Source of the DNA: a virus
Lineage: Duplodnaviria; Caudoviricetes
Virus record (IMG/VR): IMGVR_UViG_3300017988_000030
Location: 1-26,936 of that record
Strand: one strand, 5' to 3'
Length of the DNA: 26,936 nucleotides
Shown one piece after another: positions 16,686 through 24,609 of this stretch. The position numbers were made by a program, and so were the translations under genes. Within the stretch, counting starts at the first letter, position 1. Each line of letters begins with the position of its first letter. The notes under the pieces were generated by a model. That model was given only the letters and a program-made list of their open reading frames with translations. It was not told the origin of the DNA and made no database searches.

Positions 16686-17916
16686 GTGTCGCGGTTGCGG
16701 TTGTTCTCTGGTTCATGTCTTTGCAAACTTGGGTCGATCCCCCCCATCAAATGCATTTCGCACGCTGGAGCAGCTGGACGAACCAGAAATGACGCTCCCG
16801 TTGCGCGTCTTCGTGTGCAGGGAGTGCCAGCTTGTGCAGCTGCCGGCGTACGAGAAGCCGGAAAACATCTTCAATGAGTACGCTTATTTCTCCTCCTACT
16901 CGCCGACCTGGGTTGAGCATATGCGGCGTTATGCTGCGGCGATGACAGCGAAGCACCGGCTCGGTGCTCAGTCGCTCGTGCTCGACGTTGCAAGCAATGA
17001 TGGTTATCTCCTGAAGCACTTCAAGGAGTTCGGTGTTCCAGTGATGGGGGTTGATCCCGCGAAGAATGTTGCTGACATCGCTATCGCGGCCGGTATTCCG
17101 ACCTTTAAGGCCTTCTTTGGTGAGGCGCTGGCGAGGGACATGGTGGTTGGTCACGGTCGTGCTGACCTAATCAATGCAACCAACGTCCTGGCGCACGTTC
17201 CCGATATTCACGATTTTGTCGAGGGCTTTAGGATCATGTTGCAGCCTGCCGGCACCATCACCTTTGAATTCCCCCATGTGCTCAACCTTATACGCGAGTG
17301 TCAGCTAGACACTATTTATCACGAACACTACTCGTATTTATCGTTGCGAGCACTGGAACCGATTTTCAAGACACACGATTTGCGCGTGTACGATATTGAT
17401 CAGTTACCAACGCACGGCGGTTCGCTTCGGTTGCATGTCTGTCACGCGTACGATTACCATGCAGCAATCGTTGCGAACGATGAAGCCATTTATAATATTC
17501 AAGCTTTGGAAGTTGGTGCCGGGCTGCATGAGCTAGAGACATATACGAGCTTCGCTAGCGAGCCGCAGCGCGTCAAAGTGGACTTCCTTGATTTTTTGAT
17601 CAGACAGAAAAAGCGCGGTAAGATGATTGTCGGGTATGGTGCGCCGGCGAAGGCAACGACGCTACTCAATTACTGCGGCGTCGGGCCAGAGCTCATTTCA
17701 TACACGGTGGACGCAACACCGGCGAAACAATGGAAATACATTCCGGGTGTTCAAATTCCCATTTTTCCGGAAGAAGAGTTGGTCAAAGATCGGCCTGACT
17801 TCGTGGTGATTTTCCCCTGGAACTTGAAAGACCCGATCATGCAAAAGGCTAAGGTGATCCGGGAGTGGGGCGGTAAGTTCGTCACCGCGATCCCTAAGCT
17901 GCAGATCATCCCTTAA
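16672..17916 (+). CDS. NDP-hexose C-methyltransferase (Zn-binding N-terminus + class I MTase + C-methyltransferase C-terminal domain)
   Basis: CRGC...CREC zinc site, LDVASNDG, NVLAHVPD, IYHEHYSY, THGGSLR, GYGAPAK, FPWNL; SD AAGGAGGT before GTG 16672. Confidence 0.92.
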   Translation: MIDYKCRGCGCSLVHVFANLGRSPPSNAFRTLEQLDEPEMTLPLRVFVCRECQLVQLPAYEKPENIFNEYAYFSSYSPTWVEHMRRYAAAMTAKHRLGAQSLVLDVASNDGYLLKHFKEFGVPVMGVDPAKNVADIAIAAGIPTFKAFFGEALARDMVVGHGRADLINATNVLAHVPDIHDFVEGFRIMLQPAGTITFEFPHVLNLIRECQLDTIYHEHYSYLSLRALEPIFKTHDLRVYDIDQLPTHGGSLRLHVCHAYDYHAAIVANDEAIYNIQALEVGAGLHELETYTSFASEPQRVKVDFLDFLIRQKKRGKMIVGYGAPAKATTLLNYCGVGPELISYTVDATPAKQWKYIPGVQIPIFPEEELVKDRPDFVVIFPWNLKDPIMQKAKVIREWGGKFVTAIPKLQIIP

Positions 17917-17945
17917 CTGTTCCTTCACCTGCATGCGGTTACATG
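17913..17945 (+). promoter_or_regulatory. CtrA-like box plus -10 element ahead of the head-assembly genes
   Basis: TTAA-ctgttcc-TTCACC (17913-17929), TACATG at 17940-17945. Confidence 0.5.
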
Positions 17946-17980
17946 CTGGCGGGCATAGTCCCGTACGCAGGAGTTTTCCT

Positions 17981-18370
17981 ATGGCCAATTGGCAAAAGAA
18001 GGGCGTCTCTGGTGAGGCGGCCAATGTTGACGCCGGTAGCGGTTCAAAGCGCGATGGCGCCAAGGGCCGCGGTGCCGGTGGTCGCGCGCGAGGGCCGGAC
18101 GTTTCGACTACTGACGGCGGTTCTGGTCGCACCGATAGCGGTGCAGGCGCTTCCGCAACTGAGAAGACCCACAACGTAGAGTTCGCGAAGGGTGGTGACA
18201 CCCATATGTTTGGCGAGCAGGAGGCGAATAAGCAGCGCCCCGGTTACGCCGAGAAAGCGGACGCCCACGGCCCGGGTTCGAAGTTTGCGGAAGGTGGCAA
18301 GAATAAGATGTTCGGCTTTGCCGGCGCGTTGCCGGCGACAGCGGGCATTAGTGCCGCGCGAGAGTCCTAA
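17981..18370 (+). CDS. Low-complexity Gly/Ala/Lys-rich hypothetical protein
   Basis: SD AGGAG 17969-17973, ATG 17981; duplicated FAxGGxxxMFG motif. Confidence 0.75.
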   Translation: MANWQKKGVSGEAANVDAGSGSKRDGAKGRGAGGRARGPDVSTTDGGSGRTDSGAGASATEKTHNVEFAKGGDTHMFGEQEANKQRPGYAEKADAHGPGSKFAEGGKNKMFGFAGALPATAGISAARES

Positions 18371-18609
18371 TGGCAGCCCGGCTCTCTGTCGGGGTGCCCA
18401 TGAAGGGCTCCAAGACTACGCCGACGCCCAGCATGCGGCCTAGCTTCGTGCTCGGTTCCCGGCCGGCCAGCATGCGCACCGGGGCCGTTCCTACGCCCGG
18501 CGCGCGTATCAAGCCCGCGGCCGCGAGCACCACGCAGTATGGAAAGATGAACGGCCAGTCGAACCCGGCGAACGTCGCCGGCCAGTGGCCAGGAGCCGGC
18601 AATGTTTAA
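18370..18609 (+). CDS. Small basic Pro-rich hypothetical protein
   Basis: TAATG coupling to the upstream gene; overlaps the next start. Confidence 0.65.
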   Translation: MAARLSVGVPMKGSKTTPTPSMRPSFVLGSRPASMRTGAVPTPGARIKPAAASTTQYGKMNGQSNPANVAGQWPGAGNV

Positions 18610-18838
18610 GAAGCACATGGTTCCGCTGTCCAAGGGCGGTCAGACTGTCCAGCACGCCGGCAAGGGCTCCCAGCAAGCCCCCATGTCTGCGCGCAACAAC
18701 GTCACCCAGTCGGGCTCGAGCGCGCCCGGCGCTTCAATCGGGAATTATGCCAAAGCGACACCGATGGCGAATCCAACGCCTCCTGCCGCGCCAGATGGTG
18801 GTCTTGGAACGGGTGATTGGCCTGGGATAGGACAGTAA
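18602..18838 (+). CDS. Small Pro/Gly-rich hypothetical protein
   Basis: SD AGGAG upstream; ends WPGIGQ, resembling WPGAGNV of the preceding ORF. Confidence 0.7.
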   Translation: MFKKHMVPLSKGGQTVQHAGKGSQQAPMSARNNVTQSGSSAPGASIGNYAKATPMANPTPPAAPDGGLGTGDWPGIGQ

Positions 18839-18881
18839 ATGACTTCATACCGCTCTCCCCAAGCGGTTAATGAGGAATGAT

Positions 18882-19121
18882 ATGACCCCCGATCCAATCA
18901 AAGTCTACGCCTTGCGTTTGCGCAACGCCGACCCGGCGATATGGGACCAATTTCTCGCCGCGCTCGATGCCGACGCTTACGCGAATATGACTGGCCTCGT
19001 GACCGCGACGTCGTCAGAAATCCTTTCAAAACAAGGGCAAGTCCAGGCGTACACGCGCTGGTTACGGAAATTTAAGGAGTGTGATCGAGAACCGCCTCAA
19101 CAGAAGCCCTCGCCGGCTTAA
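18882..19121 (+). CDS. Small helical protein preceding the scaffold
   Basis: SD GAGGA 18872-18876, ATG 18882; helical with a QGQVQA motif; position typical of podovirus pre-scaffold genes. Confidence 0.7.
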   Translation: MTPDPIKVYALRLRNADPAIWDQFLAALDADAYANMTGLVTATSSEILSKQGQVQAYTRWLRKFKECDREPPQQKPSPA

Positions 19122-19147
19122 TGCCCGCGAGCGCATAGGAGAGCAAC

Positions 19148-20248
19148 ATGGCTACCACGCTTCCCCCCGTTGACACGTCTATTGTCCTCCCCGAATCAGT
19201 CCGACGCGCCGCCGCTGCCGCAGAGGCCCTTCATAAACAGGCTTACCAGACACCCGACACCCCCGCGCCTGATCCCGCTCAGGTACAGCAACCGGCCACG
19301 CAACCGGCACAATTGCCACCGGATCCGGATCAACCCATTAACATTGTTGCAGTTTCAGAGCCGCCACAGCCGGCCACGCAACCGGCCACGCAACAGCCTG
19401 ATCCCACTCAGGTGCAACCCGCGCCTGTTGCAGCGCCTGCTGAACCCAGTCCCCAGCCTGATAATTGGGAGCATCGGTACTATTCGATGAAGGGCCGGTA
19501 TGACCAATCGCAGCAGACGATCGCCGGCCTTCAAGAGAATTTAAGCGAGGCAAGCCAAGAGCTTATGCGGATGACGAATCTCATAAGCCAGCAGCCGCAG
19601 CGCCAGCAGCCGCAGCGCCAGCAGCCGCAGCGCTTGCTGACGGCTGAAGACGAGAAGACGTACGGACCGGAACTCCTGGATACGATCAAGCGCGCGGCTC
19701 AAGAGGCTGTCCTGCCTGCCGTGAACGAAGTTCGCCAGCAAACTCAACAGGTTAAGCAGACTGTGACGCAGCAGGCGATTGCTGGCGTTTACGCTGATTT
19801 GTACGCCCAAGTGTCGAATTGGGAAGAGATTAACAACTCTCCTCGGTTCAAGCAGTGGCTCTCTTTACGAGATATTTACTCGGGTGCTGTAAGAGGACAG
19901 ATGTTGAGACAAGCTTTCAATGCGGCTAACGCCCCACGGGTGCTTGCTTTCTTCAAAGGCTTCCTCGCAGAGGAACAAGCCACGGGTCAGTTGCCAAACC
20001 CGGCCAGTCCACAGCCGCCAGTACCGGCGCCTCGGACCGCTGCCGTCCCCTTGGTGAACTTAGCGGCCCCTGGTGTTCGACCGGCGTCAGATACGAACGC
20101 GCCCGCCGACAAGCCAATCTTCACCCACAAACAAATCGCCGAGTTCTATTCGCACCAAGGCCGCGCGCGTTATGTCGGCCGCGAAGAGGACCGGAAGAAT
20201 GACGAACGCGAAATCTTCGCTGCTCAACGTGAGGGGCGAATTCGGTAA
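19148..20248 (+). CDS. Putative capsid scaffolding protein
   Basis: SD AGGAGAG; Pro/Gln-rich disordered N-terminus, coiled coil, C-terminal EREIFAAQREGRIR; lies directly before the MCP. Confidence 0.78.
   Translation: MATTLPPVDTSIVLPESVRRAAAAAEALHKQAYQTPDTPAPDPAQVQQPATQPAQLPPDPDQPINIVAVSEPPQPATQPATQQPDPTQVQPAPVAAPAEPSPQPDNWEHRYYSMKGRYDQSQQTIAGLQENLSEASQELMRMTNLISQQPQRQQPQRQQPQRLLTAEDEKTYGPELLDTIKRAAQEAVLPAVNEVRQQTQQVKQTVTQQAIAGVYADLYAQVSNWEEINNSPRFKQWLSLRDIYSGAVRGQMLRQAFNAANAPRVLAFFKGFLAEEQATGQLPNPASPQPPVPAPRTAAVPLVNLAAPGVRPASDTNAPADKPIFTHKQIAEFYSHQGRARYVGREEDRKNDEREIFAAQREGRIR
19587..19633 (+). repeat. 15-bp tandem repeat x3 (QQPQR)
   Basis: GCCAGCAGCCGCAGC at 19587, 19602 and 19617. Confidence 0.85.
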
Positions 20249-20289
20249 CCAGGGGGTTCATGTCGGGCCCCCGTGAATTGGGGGTCCAA

Positions 20290-21300
20290 ATGGGCATTCC
20301 GTCTGGTGCATTCCCCGGCGCAACCGCCGGCACTTCGCCTGCCATCTACCCGTCGGGTAGCTCTGGTAACGCTCTCCAGGCCACCGGGTTCATCCCGGAA
20401 ATCTGGTCGGGCAAGCTCGTGGAGAAGTTCTACGCGAGCACGGTCCTTGCTGCGATCAGCAACACGGACTATGAGGGTGAAATCAAAAACAAAGGCGATC
20501 GTGTCAAGATCCGCACGAAGCCGACTATCACCATCCACAACTACGACGCCGATGGCCTCTTGGGCCTCGACCGTCCGACTGGTGGAACGGTGGAACTCTA
20601 CATCGGGAACGGCAAATACTTCTCGCTGATCCTTGATGACGTCATGGAAGTTCAGAGCGATCTGAATATCCTCTCCATGTGGTCTGACGACGCTGCGCAG
20701 CAGCTGAAGATCGCGGTCGACACCGACGTGCTCTCGGGCATTGTCGGCCAGATGAACGCGTCCAACTTCGGTACCGCTGCCGGCGCGATCACCGGTTCGT
20801 TGAACCTCGGCGCCCAGGGCTCTGCTCTTGCCGTCGTGGGCCGCAACGCCGGTAGCGGCCAAGTGGAACTCCTGGACGTTCTCATGCGTATGGGCCAAGT
20901 GCTCGACGAACAGAACATCCCGGAAGTCGGTCGTTGGATTGTGATGCCTGCTTGGGCAGGCCGCATGATCAAACAGTCCGAACTCCGTCAGGCCTACCTG
21001 TCGGGCGATAGCGTGTCGATGCTGCGCAACGGCCGGCTTGGAATGATCGACCGGTTCACGGTCTACATTTCGAACCTGCTCCCGAACAACAGTTCGGACA
21101 GTGCGCAGTTCAACTCGGGCGAGTACCCGATCTTCGCCGGTCACGCTCACGGACTAACGTTCGCGAGCCAGATCAGCAAGGTTGAGACGCTTCGCTCCGA
21201 GCTCACCTTCGGCCAGATCCTGCGTGGATTGCAGGTGTACGGCTATCAGGTGGTGGACGGCCGCGCGCTCGTCCAAGCGCAAGTTACCCCGGCCTCGTAA
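20290..21300 (+). CDS. Major capsid protein (HK97 fold, P22-coat-like)
   Basis: FIPEIWSGKL, NTDYEGEI..GDRVKI, NGRLGMIDRFTVYISN, RGLQVYG; strongly biased C/G-ending codons; followed by a terminator. ATG 20290 preferred over 20260. Confidence 0.9.
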   Translation: MGIPSGAFPGATAGTSPAIYPSGSSGNALQATGFIPEIWSGKLVEKFYASTVLAAISNTDYEGEIKNKGDRVKIRTKPTITIHNYDADGLLGLDRPTGGTVELYIGNGKYFSLILDDVMEVQSDLNILSMWSDDAAQQLKIAVDTDVLSGIVGQMNASNFGTAAGAITGSLNLGAQGSALAVVGRNAGSGQVELLDVLMRMGQVLDEQNIPEVGRWIVMPAWAGRMIKQSELRQAYLSGDSVSMLRNGRLGMIDRFTVYISNLLPNNSSDSAQFNSGEYPIFAGHAHGLTFASQISKVETLRSELTFGQILRGLQVYGYQVVDGRALVQAQVTPAS

Positions 21301-21328
21301 GCCGCGGAAGCGCAGTCTGACTAAGTTT

Positions 21329-21365
21329 TTAGGGCCCGGGTCAAACCGGGCCCTAATCATTTCTT
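21329..21365 (+). terminator. Intrinsic terminator after MCP
   Basis: Perfect 11-bp stem TTAGGGCCCGG / CCGGGCCCTAA, 6-nt loop, then TCATTTCTT. Confidence 0.7.
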
Positions 21366-21385
21366 AACCGCGGAAATGCTAGCGT
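21353..21385 (+). promoter_or_regulatory. CtrA-like box plus -10 element ahead of the adaptor/tail operon
   Basis: CTAA-tcatttc-TTAACC (21353-21369), TAGCGT at 21380-21385. Confidence 0.5.
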
Positions 21386-21410
21386 TCGCTGCCGTTTCAA
21401 GGATCATCCT

Positions 21411-21818
21411 ATGCCCTCGTTCGATCTTCATACTGTAGCGGGTTACATCGCGGATGCACGCGTGCTCCTGCTGGATCAGATCGCGCCGTATCGCTATACC
21501 GATGACTCTCTCCTAGTCGCTCTCAATCTTGCTCTCTTGGATGGTCGCCGGCTGCGACCGGACTTGTTTGTCTACAAGTGGGGCACGCGCGTGCCGAGCT
21601 ACAACGCGGTGACTGGGCAGGAAGTCCCGATCGAGGGGCAGTTTCGCAAAGCCTTTATCTACGGACTTGTGTCGCACGCGCTCGCGCGCGATCAAGAAGA
21701 CGTGCAGGACGCGCGATCGACGTTATTCTTGCAGACCATGGAAGATATTTTGATGGGCACGCGGCGGCCGCCCATTGCTAACGCGGGCACTACGCCGCCC
21801 GGTCAGGCGCAACGCTAA
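21411..21818 (+). CDS. Putative head-tail adaptor (DUF6682-like)
   Basis: ARVLLLD...RYTDDSLL.ALN..L....RLRPDLF pattern; follows the MCP. Confidence 0.65.
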   Translation: MPSFDLHTVAGYIADARVLLLDQIAPYRYTDDSLLVALNLALLDGRRLRPDLFVYKWGTRVPSYNAVTGQEVPIEGQFRKAFIYGLVSHALARDQEDVQDARSTLFLQTMEDILMGTRRPPIANAGTTPPGQAQR

Positions 21819-22480
21819 TGGCTATCCACGAACGAGATTTTGAACGTCTGATGAACCAAGCCCGCATCAAGTTGCCGGGTGCGTCTGATGAAGGGTTGAA
21901 GGGTGAGCTCTTTGACGTCGTCAGCGAGTTCTTCGATGTTTCCAATGCGTGGTTTGAATGGATGCAAATTCCGATCGTCGCCAACCAGCAGGCGTACACG
22001 GTTAACCCGCAGAAGGGTGGCATGATCATCCGCCTTGTCTGCGTCTTCGATCCAAACAAAGTTATTCTGCCGGCGCATATGGCTGAAATTTGGCCTCCGG
22101 GCGCGAACATCTGGTTGACGTGGCCACAGAATATCAACATGACCGCCAACGCGATGTTCATCAAAAATATCATCCTGCCGAACACGCGGGACAACATTCC
22201 AGATGCGCCGGGTTGGCTGTTGCCGATGTATGAGCGCTACATCTTGGCCGGTCTGCTCGGCATGATGATGGCGCAACCGGGCAAGCCGTACACGAGCCCG
22301 GGTCAGAGTACCTATCACTTGAAACGCTTCCGCGACGGCATGGCGGTTGTGAAGACTGCGGTTGCGCGCAGCAACCTTGTCGGCGGTCAGTCTTGGCGCT
22401 TTCCGTCCCAGTTCCGATCAAATAGTCAGCGCGGTGGCGTGAGTACGCCGTTCCCGACGCCAACTTCGTGGGGTGTGTAA
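21818..22480 (+). CDS. Putative head-closure/tail adaptor protein
   Basis: LPGA..EFF...W, ILAGLLGMMMAQPGKPY pattern; TAATG coupling. Confidence 0.6.
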   Translation: MAIHERDFERLMNQARIKLPGASDEGLKGELFDVVSEFFDVSNAWFEWMQIPIVANQQAYTVNPQKGGMIIRLVCVFDPNKVILPAHMAEIWPPGANIWLTWPQNINMTANAMFIKNIILPNTRDNIPDAPGWLLPMYERYILAGLLGMMMAQPGKPYTSPGQSTYHLKRFRDGMAVVKTAVARSNLVGGQSWRFPSQFRSNSQRGGVSTPFPTPTSWGV

Positions 22481-22920
22481 TGGCGTGGCCCAATAACCAG
22501 TCTGGCGTTTCCACCGCGGCGATCGTTGATGTCGTCGCAGCAAACAACACTACATGGCAGGACGCTTTTCAATTTGATCCACCGTCTGTGACCGGGCAGG
22601 CGCCGCCGCCCTATTATAATATTTATGGCACTGGGCCGACATGGGGCTTCACCGGTGTATCGTTTCGGATGGATATCAAGACAAACATAAACGCGTCTGG
22701 TCCATCACTGACATTGCTCTCGAGCGCCGGTCAGTTCGTGATCGATGACTACACGAACCGGATCCTGCATGCGAACGTCCCTGAGAGCGTCCTTCAGGCC
22801 GCGCTCATTCCGGGTACGTACATTTATGATTTCATCATGTGTGACGGCTCGGTGCCGACCGTGCGCACGATGCTCATGCGAGGCAAATTTGTCCTGGTGG
22901 ATGGCGTGACGGGGGGCTAA
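22480..22920 (+). CDS. Beta-rich virion protein, probable fibre attachment/baseplate-upper-like domain
   Basis: TAATG coupling; GTYIYDFIM...RGKFVL..GVT C-terminus typical of fibre-anchoring Ig-like domains. Confidence 0.55.
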   Translation: MAWPNNQSGVSTAAIVDVVAANNTTWQDAFQFDPPSVTGQAPPPYYNIYGTGPTWGFTGVSFRMDIKTNINASGPSLTLLSSAGQFVIDDYTNRILHANVPESVLQAALIPGTYIYDFIMCDGSVPTVRTMLMRGKFVLVDGVTGG

Positions 22921-23817
22921 ATGACTGTCTTCGTTCAAGGCCCCGCACCTGTCTTCGCGCGCCCTGTTGTTGTGCCCAGTCAATTGACGGGTCCAACCGG
23001 TCCCCTTGGTGGGCCTACTGGGCCGACAGGTCCAAGCGCGGCTACGGGGCCGACCGGACCAACTGGTTGGAGCGGACCGACCGGATATGGCGGGACTGGT
23101 CCGACAGGAAATCAAGGGAACACCGGCTACACTGGGCCCCCGGGTAATTCGATCACCGGCTATACGGGCCCGGCCGGCTTCGCTGTGAACACCGGCGCCA
23201 CCGGCCCGAGCGGTCCCACAGGACGCACCGGCCCAGCCGGCACGGCAACGAACACTGGCGCCACCGGTTATACTGGCCCGACTGGTTTCACCGGCCCTGC
23301 GGGGACGGCAACGAACACCGGCGCCACCGGGCCGACCGGCACATTGACTGGCCCGACGGGTGCCACCGGTGCAACTGGGCCAGCCGGTACGGCGACGAAT
23401 ACCGGCGCCACCGGTCCGACGGGAGCCGGTCTTGTCGGTATGACGTTCGGCGTTGGGCTGATTATCAACGGTTTCGGCACGACGCTGCCGACCGGGCCAG
23501 CCGGCGACGTTGTCATGCCGTTCAATGCGACGATTTCTCAGGTCACCTTAGTAGGTGGTCCAACTGGATACGCGTTAGTCGACATCTACAAGTGCGTCTT
23601 TTCAGTCTACGACAATGGCAACACGCATCCGGTTGTCGGGGACAGCATCACGGCGAACGATAAGCCGGTGTTGAATAACACGTACCGATATCAGGATAAT
23701 GCGCTCACCGGTTGGACCACTCAGATAAATGCCAATGACGTGTTGCGTTTCATCCTTCCTACAGGTGTCACCGGGATTGGGCAGCTGACCGCAGAACTCG
23801 CATGCACGAGGCGGTAA
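22921..23817 (+). CDS. Collagen-like tail fibre with C-terminal beta-sandwich head
   Basis: [12 protein letters not shown]-motif, GPT/GAT triplets with repeated [14 protein letters not shown]-domain ..VDIYK..DSIT..P..QD..LTGWTT..DVLRF. Confidence 0.85.
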   Translation: MTVFVQGPAPVFARPVVVPSQLTGPTGPLGGPTGPTGPSAATGPTGPTGWSGPTGYGGTGPTGNQGNTGYTGPPGNSITGYTGPAGFAVNTGATGPSGPTGRTGPAGTATNTGATGYTGPTGFTGPAGTATNTGATGPTGTLTGPTGATGATGPAGTATNTGATGPTGAGLVGMTFGVGLIINGFGTTLPTGPAGDVVMPFNATISQVTLVGGPTGYALVDIYKCVFSVYDNGNTHPVVGDSITANDKPVLNNTYRYQDNALTGWTTQINANDVLRFILPTGVTGIGQLTAELACTRR

Positions 23818-24609
23818 ATGACTATCTCCATCACCGGTTCAACCTTTTCCTCGTTCGCAGCGGAAGGCGCCTCTGCCTGGACGATTGCCACGCCTGCGGT
23901 ACCAACTGGCACGACTGGCCTGATTGCAATCTTTGCCACCGAGCAAAATAGTTCGTCGCCGCCAGCGATCAGCACTCTTACGTCGTTGTATCCGTGGTTT
24001 CAGGTACAGACATTCAGCGCGGTACTGAGCAACGGCGTTGCTTATCAGATAGAAGTTTGGATTTGTGTCTTCCTCCCGCTCCAGCAAGCCGTCGCGCAAG
24101 GGTCGAAGAATGTTACGGTGCAATATGGTGCACCGTTCGATGCTGCCTGTGGTGTCATTTTTGGTGTGACCGGGTTCCCTGGCGATAGTATGAACTTCGA
24201 CCGTGGGACGGTGAGCGGCAGCAGCTTTTTCACCGGCAATAATAATTCCACACAAGAACTTTTAAACTGGAGCACTGTTACTGCAAACACACTCAACATT
24301 TCTGTTGTTGTGCAAGACAGTGGAACTGGATCGGGCGGCCCAGAAGGCTTTACTGCTCTCCAGGGAGGCCACGTATGGCCGACGAATTATCTCGGCTTGG
24401 GCGTTGCGTACCAGAACAGCACGTCGGTCTTGAACAGTGAACAGTTCTCGTGGCTCGCGACTGGCGTGCCGACGATGTGCATGGAATTTTCCTTGACGGA
24501 CGGGTCGAACCTAAATGGTCTGCCGCCGGCGCAAGCTTACGAAGTTATTACCAGCTACAATTACAGTGTGGTCAACACCAGCCTGATCAGTCCGATTATA
24601 GGAGCTTAA
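23818..24609 (+). CDS. Ser/Thr-rich beta-structured hypothetical virion protein
   Basis: 263-aa ORF abutting both neighbours (TAAATG), nearly devoid of basic residues; sits between two fibre genes. Confidence 0.75.
   Translation: MTISITGSTFSSFAAEGASAWTIATPAVPTGTTGLIAIFATEQNSSSPPAISTLTSLYPWFQVQTFSAVLSNGVAYQIEVWICVFLPLQQAVAQGSKNVTVQYGAPFDAACGVIFGVTGFPGDSMNFDRGTVSGSSFFTGNNNSTQELLNWSTVTANTLNISVVVQDSGTGSGGPEGFTALQGGHVWPTNYLGLGVAYQNSTSVLNSEQFSWLATGVPTMCMEFSLTDGSNLNGLPPAQAYEVITSYNYSVVNTSLISPIIGA

Noticed and set aside
10342-17916. Cassette as DNA hypermodification, or as a flanking host LPS/EPS locus
   Set aside because: It sits inside the virion operon with phage genes on both sides, next to collagens. 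It lacks flippase, polymerase and membrane initiating transferase genes, and lacks nucleotide-modifying partners. Judged less likely, not excluded.
18849-18867. Hairpin ACCGCT/AGCGGT, and 4-bp stems pairing SD sequences (671-682, 17969-17980, 21400-21410)
   Set aside because: Too short or weak to distinguish from chance without folding statistics; no U-tract.
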